From Octopus vulgaris (lineage: Eukaryota), in assembly GCA_951406725.2 (NCBI GenBank), contig OX597824.1, positions 41,788,001-41,852,000 on the forward strand: a DNA stretch of 64,000 nucleotides. The letters are read 5' to 3'. The translations under genes were made by a program, and so were the position numbers. A model generated the notes under the pieces. The model had not been told where the DNA came from. It made no database searches and saw only the letters and a program-made list of their open reading frames with translations. Below, in pieces: positions 13,400-26,726 of this stretch (position 1 is the first letter of the stretch; every line of letters begins with the position of its first letter).

Positions 13400-13790
13400 A
13401 TTAAGGCGGTGAACAGCGTTGGAGAGAATAATTACTAAAATCGTATTTGGGCAAGAGTTAGCTGACATGGAAGACAGGAAGTCCTCTCAATATAGGAAAA
13501 GATTTACCTGTATCAAGATCAGTACCGGGTACCAGAATGCACATAGTATGACTGCTACCCAATACTCTGCAAACACTGTAAAAGCCGTAATGTGACATGG
13601 ACACATATCTTGAAAAACCAAGTTCTCTATGGGTGTTTCTCCGTTGAGGGTGGTGTCATGCTACGCCACACCTTTGAACAGGGCTTTAGGCAGATGTGAA
13701 CCTGAGGCTGTGGTCAATCCCTAGCTGGAGAAGATTGCAGCTGGAAGGCCATGTGTGGCAGCAGGATTCGGGTCCTGGTCATATTTCCGG
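13400..13790 (+). mobile_element. Degenerate RTE-like LINE 3' region
   Basis: IVFGQELAD and LEKIAAGRPC fragments resemble the RTE C-terminus (ILFGQL..G; WE.LA.DR..WR). Confidence 0.45.
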
Positions 13791-14230
13791 AAAGAGTCAC
13801 AACTGGTAGTCGGAGAATTTCTACAACTTCTCCAGTTGCAATTTCTGGCCACCTAATTCCCCCGATTGTAATTCTAAGGATTACTTATGTGTAAGGTCCG
13901 TTTTATAAAGACACCATCTGCTATGCCTGCAGCAGAATCAAGGTTTTATCTAGTAGCCTGTATCAAGGAACTGTTCGGAGATCGTTCCATGGACTTAGTG
14001 AGAAACGCATGACCAGGTTCCTGAGACGCTTGGAGGTGTGGTGGAATCTGAAGGTGTCTTCTTAAAGGAAACTATCGTCTCTTAACCATAATCTAGTTAA
14101 TATTTTTCGTTATGTACGTAGGTTTATGTCAGTTGAAAGAGAGTAGGGCTCCAAATATCTCTTCGAGTATATTGTTTTTCCTTAAGCTAAAGCTCTGATA
14201 TTCGATAGATACAGTCCTAAAAAGGAAATG

Positions 14231-14700
<470 letters not shown>

Positions 14701-14829
14701 TAAGCAAATACTTCGCTGTCTGCCATGTAGTTGATATCGTGGTTATTGCTGTCGATGTTGTTTAGCCCTAGACCAGTGATAGCTGGGTTGATCTAGGACC
14801 TCAAACATACATAAATACAAATAAAAGTA

Positions 14830-15045
14830 CGAGGGTGTTTTGAAAAGTTCTTGGCTTTGGATAAAATAAAATACAGGAGGATCAGTTAATTACGATTTTA
14901 TTCAATTTTTTCCCCTCTCAGATTCACCGACTTATTGCAATGGATCTTCGCTTTTTGTAAGCCCTGTACAAAGACTTGGAATGGTGGGACTCCATCCAGG
15001 CCTTTCGCGACACCCTTAAAGCCAGGAACTCTTCATACCTAATCG
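14830..15045. mobile_element. Mariner-type MITE
   Basis: TA followed by 'cgagggtgttttgaaaagttcttggcttt'; inverted end 'aaagccaggaactcttcatacctaatcg'. Confidence 0.75.
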
Positions 15046-15081
15046 TGCGTGCGTGTGTGTGTGTGTGTGTATGTGTGTACA

Positions 15082-15130
<49 letters not shown>

Positions 15131-15408
15131 TAATTATATCAAACGGATGTCTTATAATACTGTTCCACATATACAAAACAGCCATACCAACAGTCTAACA
15201 TACCTCCATCATCAGCTGCCCCACAGATATCACTATGGTTTCGACACTTGGGTAGTACCATAATTACAAACACAACGATAAGTGCGAGTGTCACTATTGC
15301 ACTAACAGACATACATACATATGTGTGCTTTCGGTATATGTCGCTTCATTTGTATCCATATATATACAAACAAACATACATACATACATACATACAAACA
15401 TACATACA

Positions 15409-15440
<32 letters not shown>

Positions 15441-15448
15441 ATCTATAT

Positions 15449-15645
15449 CATTTTATTCGGTTTAGTCATTAGACTGCGGCCATGCAGGGGTTCCACCTCA
15501 AAGAATTTTAGTCGAACGAATCGGTCTCAGAATATATCTTTTAGAGCCTGGTACTTGTTCTATCGGAATTTTTGGCGTACCATTAAGTTATTAGGACAAC
15601 ACAGACGCAAAGACACACACACTTAAGTGCGTATATATAGATATA

Positions 15646-15697
<52 letters not shown>

Positions 15698-15729
15698 TGT
15701 GTGTGTGTGTATGTGCGTGTGTGTATAAA

Positions 15730-15774
<45 letters not shown>

Positions 15775-15989
15775 GAATATATGTATGTATGTATGTATGT
15801 TTATATATATATATACATACACACACAACGGGTTTCTTTCAATTTCTGTCTATCAAGCCCACTCACAAGCATTTGGTCAGCCGTGGGCTATGGTAGAAGA
15901 CATCAGACGAAGGTGCCACGCAGTGGCACTGAACCCGGAAGCACATGGTTGGGAAGCTAACTTTTTCCCACACAGCCACACCTGCACCT
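15449..15989 (-). mobile_element. SINE family A
   Basis: Reverse complement head 'gccacgcagtggcactgaacccggaagcacatggttgg'. Confidence 0.8.
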
Positions 15990-16002
15990 ATATGATTCAA
16001 TG

Positions 16003-16072
<70 letters not shown>

Positions 16073-16582
16073 CGTGTGTATCTACAAATACGCGCGTGCA
16101 GGCACACATACACACGCGCGTGCATAAACATACGCGCACACAAACACGTATGTTTCAACAATATGTGGACAGATGCACACCGATACACACTCTGATCGTC
16201 AAATATCGATAACGATGAATCAACATAACTGTGTTGTTAATTGCCCCTGCTAAGATTATCAAGGAGCTGGTCGGCTGGCTGGCTGGCTGGCTTGAGGGTT
16301 GGTCAGATTGTGCGTCATACTTTGACGTACATGTAGCTACCAGTCGGCCGTCAAAGTGATGACGTCAATTTGAATGTACTGAAACTTATATTGACGTCTT
16401 CACAACCATATCTAACTCCACACACATCATTACGTATGCACTATCATAAGTACATACATGCACCCTTACATATATAAATACACACACACACACACACATA
16501 CACACACCGCAAGCACACAGACAGACACACACATCCATATATACGTGGAAATTTGTGCGCCTGCTTATTGGAGTATACATGC

Positions 16583-16880
16583 ACTTTGGCTGTGTGATAA
16601 AAAGCTCGTTTTCCAACCACATGATTTCGGGTTCTGTCCCACTGCGGGAGACCTGGATCAACTGTCTTCCACGATATCCCCAGGCTTGTGAGTGGATTTA
16701 GTATACGGAAACTGAAAGAAGCCCATCGTATGGCCGTATTGTAAGAAGCTTGCTTCCCAACCACACGGTTTCGGGTTCAGTCGCACTGCGAGGTACCTTC
16801 GGCAAGTGTCTTCTACTATAGCCTCTGTCCGACAAAAGCCTTGTGGGTGTATTTGGTAGAGGAAAACTGAAAGAAGCCCG

Positions 16881-16972
<92 letters not shown>

Positions 16973-17097
16973 ATCTCTCCGCCATCTGACTCTGCTGTGC
17001 TTACGTTCCCGTAACCTAGCAGTTCGGGAAATGAAACCGACAGAATAAGTCCTGGAGTCGATTTGTTCGACTAAAGGCAGTGCTCCACTCAGGCCAC
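16583..17097 (+). mobile_element. SINE family A with tandemly duplicated head
   Basis: Head at about 16583-16729 ending 'ggaaactgaaagaagccc' is followed directly by a second head at about 16730. Confidence 0.75.
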
Positions 17098-17098
17098 T

Positions 17099-17192
<94 letters not shown>

Positions 17193-18439
17193 TGTTATAC
17201 TTATTCACGTTTTAATGCAAGAATTTTACATTGAACTGAACAGTTATTTAATTTACAAGAATATTGTTGATTGAGTTTTGGTGAAAGCTAATGAAGACTA
17301 GGCAGGCCAAAATTCGAAGTCAGTGTGAACATTATTCAGTTGCCATTTACCATATCCATTTACAAGGTCTTGATCAGCCTGCGGCTAGAGTACAACATGC
17401 GGCTCCAAGGTGATTCCCAGTGGGACTGAATCCAGAACCATGTGCTATGGAAGCAAACTTCTTTCTACATTGGCATGTCTGCACCGTTTAAAAATATTTT
17501 TCCCACATAAAGGTTCGGTAGATAAAAAAAGGATTCATATACGAGATCTCTTTGTTATGAACTCACAGAGGTTCGCGGTTGTATAAGAAATATCTGAATT
17601 ATTCATAAATGAATTGTTATATATCTATTTCTATACTTTTGGTTCTAGTTTTGTTCGTCAGTAAGAAGTTTTAACAATGGTAAAAGCATGTCCGGAATCT
17701 ATGCTATAATGGTTTCATTTATTAGGCATGTATAAGTAATATACATACATGCATACATACATACATACATACATACATACATACATACATACATACATAC
17801 ATACATACATACGTACATATATACATATACACACACATATATAAATAATATATGTGTGTATGTATGTATTTATGTATGTATGTTTGTATGTGTATGTATG
17901 CATGTGCGTGTGTATGTATATATATCTGTAACAATTTATCTTACATATTTAATTTTTTTTATCTCACTCTAATTTTCTTTGTAGCATAGCAGAACATTAC
18001 ATCCATCTGTCACCTACGAGCGAGTAAGCTTTTCTAACATGTGCCATGCTTTCGCAAATTAGTTTAGGTACTTATGTGTTCTGGTATGTAGGCACCTAAA
18101 AGTGAGAGCTAGAAAGAATTATAAATAGAAAGATAGAGAGAAAGAGAGAGATAGGGGAGGAGAGAAAAGAGAGAGGGGCCGCGAGAAAGAGAGAGAAAGG
18201 AGAGAAAGACAGAAAGGGGTGAGCATCAGGTACGACTTGGTACACATTTACGGCTAAATAGACTGGAGCAGCGTGAAATGAAGTGCCTTGTCGAAAAAGA
18301 TTCAAGTCGACGATCGGCCCAGAATTCTTACCAACGCCATTATGATTGTGAGTCAACAGCGAAATATTGGCTCTAGTTTAAATATCAAAGTAAAAAAAAT
18401 ACTCTTAACAAACATGCTTCACTTTCAAGGACCATAAAC

Positions 18440-19250
18440 CAACTTCTGAAGTAAGTGCACAACAAGTCTTGATAAAACTACTAAAATAGAACTACAAATC
18501 ATTTTCAAGCACACTTTAGATAACATTAACGAGGCTTTTTTGCTTAAAAGACAATCAATGTTAAAACCCTGGCATAATCGCACTGCTTAAAACTTCCATT
18601 ATAAGTAGAGCTCTGATATGATTGACTATTAATTCTTCTATAACGAAGCCTGTAGCTTTAAAATCTTTGAATTTACTGGACAATAGTCTCTCATGACAGA
18701 TAATGGCATGAAAACACTGCATGCGAAAAGTCTATAATTCCTCTAATAATACCATATGCGTAAAGAAAAATGCAAAAGAAAAATAGAAGAAAGTAACATG
18801 AAGCTTTTCGATGTGAAATCGGAAGCAAACGCTTCCAGTGAGCTATTTAATTTTATTGGTTTAGTTCTCCGTTTGATTCATGCTAAAGCTAATCTTTTCA
18901 AAGTGGCCTTTATAAATCTCTAACACATTTAACGAACATTAAACAGATATATGGAGCGAATAGAATTAATTTAATGAAGAGAATCAGAAAATTGACATAA
19001 GTAATAACCTTAAAATGAATATGTTAGATGGATATTCATCTTACGATAATAATACATTTCAACCCAAATTAAAACAAAACATTTAATATTATGGATTAGA
19101 TTGGAACTTCATTTACTCAAATGCATTTTAAGAACAAAATAGTCTTTGTAATTTCATATAACAAAAATTAATTTATTAGTGTAGAAAGCCTGTATAACAA
19201 TGCACAAGCAATTAAGGGTCTTAAAGACTAATATTATTATATTAGTACAT
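18440..19250 (+). mobile_element. Possible ancient L1/Tx1-like RT remnant
   Basis: Weak motifs (DNINEAFLL; INSSITKP) in heavily mutated frames. Confidence 0.3.
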
Positions 19251-19564
19251 AATATTAAAGACTAATGTTATATACTCATAATATTATTAAGAAATGCAAA
19301 AGGAAAATGATTTTCTATAATTTACGCCATATTACTAATATTTGTATTATTAATATTCAGCAAATATTTTCCCAGCTTAAACTTTTATATTCTCTTACGG
19401 GACACAAATACAGAAACAAATCTTAATCATAACTTGAAGCTAGCTACTCTACAATAGCAAACTTCCCTAAACTCCGCCATATTTTACTAATAATAAAATA
19501 ATGAATAATCCTAATAATAAGACTGAAGCCTGTAATTAACAAACCGTTCAATCGTGGCGGTATT

Positions 19565-19910
19565 AGTGAATCTCCGTCGATCGACGATGAAGATCCAATA
19601 CTTTGATCGAACTCAATTACCTCCTCCTAAATTAAAGTGTAAATGGCTGGGCTGTCCACAGAAACATACACACCTAATATAACTCTTAGGCAGTATCAGC
19701 GTGACGCAATGTGTGACAAGGATGATCTTTAAAATTACAGGTACAATCCACTTGACGGTTTTTAATGCAGTTTCCGCCTATCCAATTTCACTTACAAGAT
19801 ATCAGCTAACCCGAAGTTAAATAGATTTACATTTACCAATGATACCATGCGTTGGGATTGAACACAAGACTTTGTGTTTGTGGAGCGAACTTTTTAACCA
19901 TTAGGCCATA
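19565..19910 (-). mobile_element. SINE with family-A-like head and alternative tail (family D)
   Basis: Tail 'cagcgtgacgcaatgtgtgacaagg' is homologous to the reverse complement of 27790-27940. Confidence 0.6.
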
Positions 19911-20439
19911 CTGCTTCGACAGCTAAATTGTTAATGTCTTCAAAAATCTGCTGTTTGTTCAGTCATAGTCAAACCCAACTTTGATCCGAATTACACCGAT
20001 TGCATCAAACTCATTCAAACATAAGCCTCGCTGATGAAATCTAATAATACCAGAACATGTCTGAAGTTGCCACCATATCTCTAGAGATCAAAGTCACTCT
20101 TCAACAAATTCTATTTGTAATTAACGATAATTTTGATTTTTGGGGTTGCCTCCAATGTGTTCCTTAACCATAACTAGTAATTCTGATAATGATATTTATC
20201 TTCTCAATGCACGTGTAATGTTACATAATTCAGATGTCGTGGCTCACCACATTCAATACAATGGTGCAAATATTACTGTCTTCTTTTTTATTGCAGCAGT
20301 CTCCCTACCAGGGTAACTTTGCTCGTCATTAAACTGTGTAAGATAGAAAATTCTTTGAGGCTGTGTTAAACAACAACTGAATCTTCCTCAAATGAGAGTT
20401 TTCTCGTAAAAGAGGAACATAATTGAGTATGTAGTCCAG

Positions 20440-20680
20440 GGAAGATTACTGCTCGGAAAAAGTGAAATAAAAAAGGACATTTCGTTTTTGGATTTGGTTT
20501 GCAAGATTCGTTATATGAGTTCGAGTGTTGAAGCATATTTTGTTGTGTCCGGGAAGAGTCATTTTCTTTTAGTGCCTTATAATGTAACACACTCACCGGT
20601 AAAATTTCCACTTATTTCTTATTTTTATTTTCCTAAAATTTTCGTTGCGTCTTGCAACCTTTTCAATAGTCTTGACTCTG
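20440..20680 (-). mobile_element. PLE-type pseudo-LTR remnant (HHR plus ORF start)
   Basis: Nucleotide similarity to 6685-6790; ATG at 20562 gives MTLPGHNKICFNTRTHITNLANQIQKR. Confidence 0.7.
20633..20669 (-). ncRNA. Minimal hammerhead variant (U3-A8)
   Basis: cta TTGAAAA G GTTGC aagac GCAAC GAA AATT T tag. Confidence 0.75.
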
Positions 20681-20872
20681 TCCGTTATTTGCACTGCGTT
20701 CCCTTTTGCTTGTTTGTGCGCATGTGTGTGAGCCTGTGTGTGTGTGTGTGCCTATACATACATGCATGTACGTATGTATGGACAAAAATCCCAGAATAAT
20801 AACGATTTGGTCATCTCGTCTGAATACGATTGATATTAGGTCTGTTCCAGCAGGGCTAAAGTTGAACTAAAC

Positions 20873-21040
20873 GACAACAACAGCACCAGCAGCAGTGGGA
20901 GCGGCGGCGGTGGCGGCAGAGGTGGCGGTGGGGTTAACAGTGGGGGCAGCGGCGGCAGCGGCAACAGCAAGAAGAAGAAGAAGAAGAAGAAGAAGAAGAA
21001 GAAGAAGAAGAAGAAGAAGAAGCATCAACAGCAACAGCAG
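20873..21040 (+). repeat. Compound trinucleotide repeat (CAG/GGC/AAG)
   Basis: Directly visible. Confidence 0.95.
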
Positions 21041-21451
21041 TGATAAAGTCGGAAAGGTGAGCTGATTTTTGGTTTACATAAAACAACATCCAGGATTGTC
21101 ACAGAATAAATAAATATATAAATAACTAAATAAATGAAAATGCGTATAAATTAACGAAATAATACAAATAAATAACGCTGTTGTTTGCGAGGAAACAATG
21201 CAATTTTGTAAAAATGGGGATGGGCAGATTAATTATAACAAGCCCAATGCTGTGTGACCTCAACTGTATTACTCATTTTATGTAAGCCACAAAGCTCTGA
21301 TTGGATAACAAAATTGTAGAATGCGGAACTAGGTCTAATAAAGCGGTGTAAGACGAACGCCCTTAGTAGTGTGTTACGTGATTATTACATATAATAAGTT
21401 ATTATTATTATTATTTTCAATATTATTATTAATGAGTAATAATAGTAATGG

Positions 21452-21770
21452 TGGAGGCGCAATAGCCCAGTGGTTAGGGCAGCGGACTCGCGGTCGGAGC
21501 ATCGCGATTTCGATTCCCAAACCGGGCGTTGTGTGTTTTTATTGAGTGAAAACACATAAATGCTCCACGAGGCTCCGGCAGCGTGTGGTTGCGACCCCTG
21601 CTGTACTCTTTCCCCCCAACTTTCTCTCACTCTCTCTTCCTGTTTCTGGAGTAATGCTGCGATGGACTGGCGTCCCGTCCAGCTGGGGAGAAAACATACG
21701 CCATAGAAACCGGGACACCGGGTCCATGAGCCTGGCTAGGCTTGAAAAGGGCGCATAAATAAATAAAAAA
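21452..21770 (+). mobile_element. SINE family C (tRNA-like head), tail type 1
   Basis: 'tggaggcgcaatagcccagtggttagggcagcggactcgcggtc...ttcgattccc'; same as 45068; (AAAT)n tail. Confidence 0.85.
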
Positions 21771-22123
21771 TAATAGTAATGATGATAATCCTGCTATTTC
21801 TGTTATTGGATTGGCAGATTGATAAAACTAGTAGAGCATCACATAATATGCTTAGTGATGTTTCTTCCAGCCTTTTATGTTTTGAGTCACAACAGCTGCA
21901 GAAGTCATTGATGTTCTTAATCCTTTTGGGGGGTCGATAAAATAAAGTACCAATAAAAACGACTCAATGGCATCGACTAATCGCCTTCCCTCAAAAATTG
22001 CTAGTCTTGTGCCTAAAACAAAAACGATTATTATTTTGGCACAAGACTACCAATTATTATGACAAAATCGTCAGACTAACACCAGCCATCAAAATTACTG
22101 AAAGTGTGTCAAAATTTGAAGCA

Positions 22124-22158
<35 letters not shown>

Positions 22159-22159
22159 C

Positions 22160-22915
22160 TTCTTTCAATGTTGTTTTCATTTTTTACCGAGCGTCTTCCC
22201 AACATCTAGGGCAAAGAAACTCACTGGATACATTGGTAGGCCATCAAAAGAAACACAGCATATAGCTCATTTACGAAGTCATGTCATAGAAAAAAGGAAA
22301 GAGAAAAGAAGAAAAACAGAAAAAATGAAAAAAGAAAACGAAGAAAATAAGTTGGCACAGGAAAGAGAATTCACTGCGACAATTCTCTTAATACGTGTGA
22401 CGTACCATTTCAGATAAGTTTTTGTACTTCCTGCATGGATGGTAAGCCAAGGATCATTCTGATTTTCACTTCCCTATTTGATCATTTCAAGTGCTCCTAC
22501 AACCACTGGTAATGGAACCGTCTTGAGATGCCACAGTTTTCCGATTTCAATCAGAAGACCTTTATATTTTCTGAGCTTATCAAATTCTTTTACCGAGATA
22601 TTATGATCACAAGGTATGCTCATGTCAATCAATAAGCAGACTATTGTTTTGGTCTTCTAAGACAACATCAGGTTTATCAACTTTCATGGTCCGGTCTGTA
22701 TATACCGGAAAGCCCCAAAGTATCGTCACATTTTATTCCTCAGTTACAGCATCAGGATGGTGCTTATACAATTTGTCAGCAGTTTTGATTATATGAAGCC
22801 GACTCATTATGCGACGCGATATTGGCCAACTCTGTCATGTCTAGATTTATACTCTACTGGTGCTAAAACCTCACACCCAGAGATTATGTGGTCCACTATT
22901 TTTAATTTCATCGTT
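22160..22915 (-). mobile_element. R4/Dong-like RLE LINE 3' fragment in (TTA)n
   Basis: VDHIISGCEVLAPVEYKSRHDRVGQY, KPD and IDMSIPCDHNISVKEFDKLRKYKGL motifs. Confidence 0.85.
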
Positions 22916-22945
22916 GCAGTATCGGTACTTTGGGTCTGCTCCATT

Positions 22946-23033
<88 letters not shown>

Positions 23034-23215
23034 CATTATTATTACTAAGGCGCCGAGCAGGCAGTATCTTTACTGCGCTGGACAAAATGCTTAGCGGCAT
23101 GTTGTCCGTCTTTATGTTCTGAGTTCAAATTCCGTCGAGACGAACTTTGCTTTTCATTCTTTTGGAGTTTATAAAATAAGTAATCGACTAGTCTCAAACC
23201 TAGAAATTGCTGGCC

Positions 23216-23279
<64 letters not shown>

Positions 23280-23280
<1 letters not shown>

Positions 23281-23740
23281 TTTTTTTCAATTTTGCCTCT
23301 ATTTTTTGCTGAGTGTCTTTCTGCCACCTGGGGCAAAGAAATTCACTGTATACATTGATAGGACATTAAAATAAACACAGCATGTTGTTCATTTACAAAG
23401 TCAAGTTATGTGAAAGAAAAAGAATGAAAAAAAGAAAAAAATGACAAAGTGCTTACGTGGGCTATAATTGTTCTCTCGCCGACAATGATTTTCTCAATAC
23501 GTGTGACGCATCAGTTAAAACAATCTTTTACATTTTTGCTTGAATGGTAAGCTATGGATTATTCTAAAATGATTTTTATCATTCTAAATGCTACTACAAC
23601 CACTGGTATTGTAACCGCCTTGAAATGCCACATTTTGTTTCGATTTCAATGAGCAAATCTTTATATTTTCTGAGCTTATCAAATTCTTTTACCGAGATAT
23701 TATGATCACAAGGAATACTCTATGAATATTCCTTGTGATC
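23280..23740 (-). mobile_element. Second R4/Dong-like 3' fragment with a short terminal fold-back
   Basis: Paralogous to 22160-22615; ends in gatcacaaggaata...tattccttgtgatc (23704-23740). Confidence 0.8.
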
Positions 23741-24134
23741 GAGCTGACAAAATTGCTAGCGTGTCGGACAAAGTACCTAGTGGCGTTTCTCTCGGCTCAT
23801 TATGATCTGAGTTCAAATCTCATCGAGGTCAAATTTGCTTTTCATACTTCGGAATTGATAAAATAATGCACCAATCAAATACTGGACTCGATCAAATCGA
23901 TTGCCCTCCGTTCGAAATTACTGGCCCTGTGCCAAAATTTAAAGCCGTCACTATTATTGTTTGCTGGACGATGGATTGGTAGAGTGGGCATAGCACAACG
24001 AATAAGGTACTCTACGTAATTTTCTTACGTAGTTTTACATCCAGAGTTCGAAACGCACCAAAATTGACTTTGCTTATATCAGTCTGAGGTCGACCGAATA
24101 AAGCACCCACAGAGTTCTACTCTTAAACGTCATC

Positions 24135-24530
24135 CTATACATACGCATAATCCGGCATCGTCTTGAAGAGTTTTAACTGAAAGGATCGACACCCGTACTT
24201 GTATTTTAACACGGGTACTTATTCTATCGAAATGTTTTGCCGAACTGCTCGGGTGCGGGGATGTAAAAAGACTAACACCAGTTATCAAGTGGTGCTGGGA
24301 ACAAACACAAACACAGACACATGGGTACATACATATATACACAAATATACACATGCATATGCACATATACAATGAATTTCTTACAGGTTCCGTCTACCAA
24401 ATCCACTTACAGAGTTTTGGTCAGCCCGGGGCTATAGTGAGAAACATTTACCAAAGATGCCACGCAGTGTGACTGAACTCCAAACCATGTGGATGGGAAG
24501 CAAATTTGTTACCACATAGATACACCGTGG
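24135..24530 (-). mobile_element. SINE family A
   Basis: Reverse complement head and body. Confidence 0.75.
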
Positions 24531-24560
24531 CATGCATACATGCAGGCATATATACATACA

Positions 24561-24622
<62 letters not shown>

Positions 24623-24624
24623 TA

Positions 24625-24949
24625 AAAGAAGGAAAAGAAAATGGAGATAGGGAAGTTGATAATTGTTTATTATTAACTGCAAATTAATAATCATCCCTTA
24701 CAGCTGTTTCAGTTAACACTCAGTAAATATTAAATTTATATGACCTGAGGATAATATCTTCAGAGGGAAAACAATATACACTTGGATGGTTTATATGTGT
24801 TTATGGATTCATTATAGCAGGCTGAATGATACGGTTTATAAACCGTATCAGTCTGCTATAATGAATTCATAAACACATATAAAACATCCGAGGGTTTATT
24901 TTTCCCTCTGAAGATATTATCCTCAGGTCATATAAATTTAATATTTACT
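24625..24949. mobile_element. PLE pseudo-LTR palindrome next to (TA)n
   Basis: Spacer-less palindrome 24722-24949 centred at 24838/24839. Confidence 0.8.
24695..24767 (-). ncRNA. Type I hammerhead ribozyme
   Basis: ccct CTGAAGA ...ctcag...ctgag... GAA ACAGCTGT A aggg. Confidence 0.8.
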
Positions 24950-24954
24950 TGATA

Positions 24955-25212
24955 TTAAACGTAACGGCAGACGAAATACCTATTTCTTTACTACCCACAA
25001 GGAGCTAAACACAGAGAGAACACACAATGACAGACAAACGGATTAAGTCGATTATATCGACCCCAGTGCGTAACTAGTACTTATTTAATCGACTCCGAAA
25101 GGATGAAAAGCAAAGACGACCTCGGCGGAATTTGAACTCAGAATGTAACAGCAGAAAAATACGGCTACGCATTTTGCCCGGTGTGCTAACGTTTCTGCCA
25201 GCTCGCCGCCTT
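24955..25212 (-). mobile_element. SINE family B, young copy
   Basis: Reverse complement of 31539-31790. Confidence 0.9.
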
Positions 25213-25368
25213 ATATACTTGTATACCGGCAGATAGCAGGCGCCAAGCATGACGTTTCATCCGATCAAAACATTTTCTAAGACAACTGTTGACGTTGTTC
25301 TAAAAAAAAGTCTTTTTCTGAGTTGTATTGTTTAATTCATTCAGGAGTGGCATATAATTAATATATTG

Positions 25369-26726
25369 CACTTGTCAACAAAATAAAACCTTTATTCTCT
25401 GGCATAAAATCTTAGAGCTGCTTTAGACGTAATTTTGGGTGTTGATTCCAAAACTGACCTCAGATTTGCTCTATCACATCACGTTTTCGTGCCATCGGTA
25501 TATACCTTTATCTACCTGGAGCATACCAAAAGTTAACTTTACACCACTATTTGGAGGAATTTTGGCTGGATTGTAATGCTAATTTTGGATATGTTCAACC
25601 TGAGTGTTGCTTTAAAGCTCTTTCTCTTTTCTTCAGGTGTGAACTGAACCACTGTGATCTAGTTATGGTTGCAACATCAAAAGGAAGGACATGCTCTAAT
25701 GGCTCCCAATATCTTCTGCTACGTCTGTGGAAACTTCATTCCACAGGCTCAAAGGCACAACATAGCTTTGTCAAGAAAGCGTATCTTGCTCACTTGAAAG
25801 TAACACTTGGAGACCAGGACAAAACCGGGGCTCCCCCAAGAGATTGCAAAATCTGTGTTGCAACTTGGTGTGATGAAGCAATTCATCAAAGCTCTTGATC
25901 ACAATGGAAACTGTTTCAGATATATATGTACAACTTTTCCAAGCCTCAGTTACGAAAAGAAGGCAAGAATATTTGATGGACCTCAAATAAGAATACTCCT
26001 CAGGGATCCACATTTTGTTACAACAATGAATGCGGTGGAGGCCAGAGCATGGAATGCCTTCTTTGATGTGGTGTGGAATTTCCTTCAAAACAGAAAAGCT
26101 GACAGCTATCAAGAGATTGTGGAGGAAATGGTCTTGAGTTTGCATGCATTTGGATGTAGAATGAGCATTAAATTGCACTACTTACACAGTCACTTGGGTG
26201 AGATTCCAGAGAACCTAGGTGATGTTAGCGAAGAACAAGGTGAACACTTAAATTAAGCTGTATGATTAATGGACGAACGCTACCACGGCCGATGGGACTT
26301 AAACATGATAGCAGATTGCCGCTGGAGCTTGATGAGAGATATTCCAGAAGTTGTGCACAAGAAATCGTCAAAGAGGAAGATCTTGTAGTAATATAACGAT
26401 CAGATTGAATGACCACAATGAATAGTGATTCTGTATTCATATTTTGTTATCAGTAAGCACAATTCTTACATACTAATGTACATTTACTCCCACAACTTTG
26501 TATTTTGATTTATTAGGTAAATAAAAAGACATATTGTCTATTAAAAATCGCATCTACGTATATTTAATTCTTTCTTTATGAGCACTAAATAGCTGTTTCT
26601 AGCAAAAATAAAAGACTAAAAAATCTGATATGATAGAAAAAATCTGGTGCCTGATTTGGATTCAGCGCTCTAAAATTAGCTAAGAACCATTGATAAAACT
26701 TGTGCCAGAATATATGTCGACCAGTG
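25369..26726 (+). mobile_element. Chapaev3-type (CMC) DNA transposon, internally deleted
   Basis: Imperfect TIRs CACTTGTCAACA.../...TGTCGACCAGTG with about 115 bp subterminal similarity. N-terminal PNIFCYVCG and LGDQDK; C-terminal LGVMKQFIKAL, GPQIR, MSIKLHYLHSHL and ENLGDVSEEQGE. Confidence 0.85.

Noticed and set aside
20025-20065. CTGATGA...GAACATGTC hammerhead candidate
   Set aside because: No convincing helix II and GAAA incomplete; the opposite strand resembles decayed APE endonuclease (GGNFRHVL)
20873-21040. Low-complexity coding exon (polyQ/G/K)
   Set aside because: No splice context or flanking coding sequence
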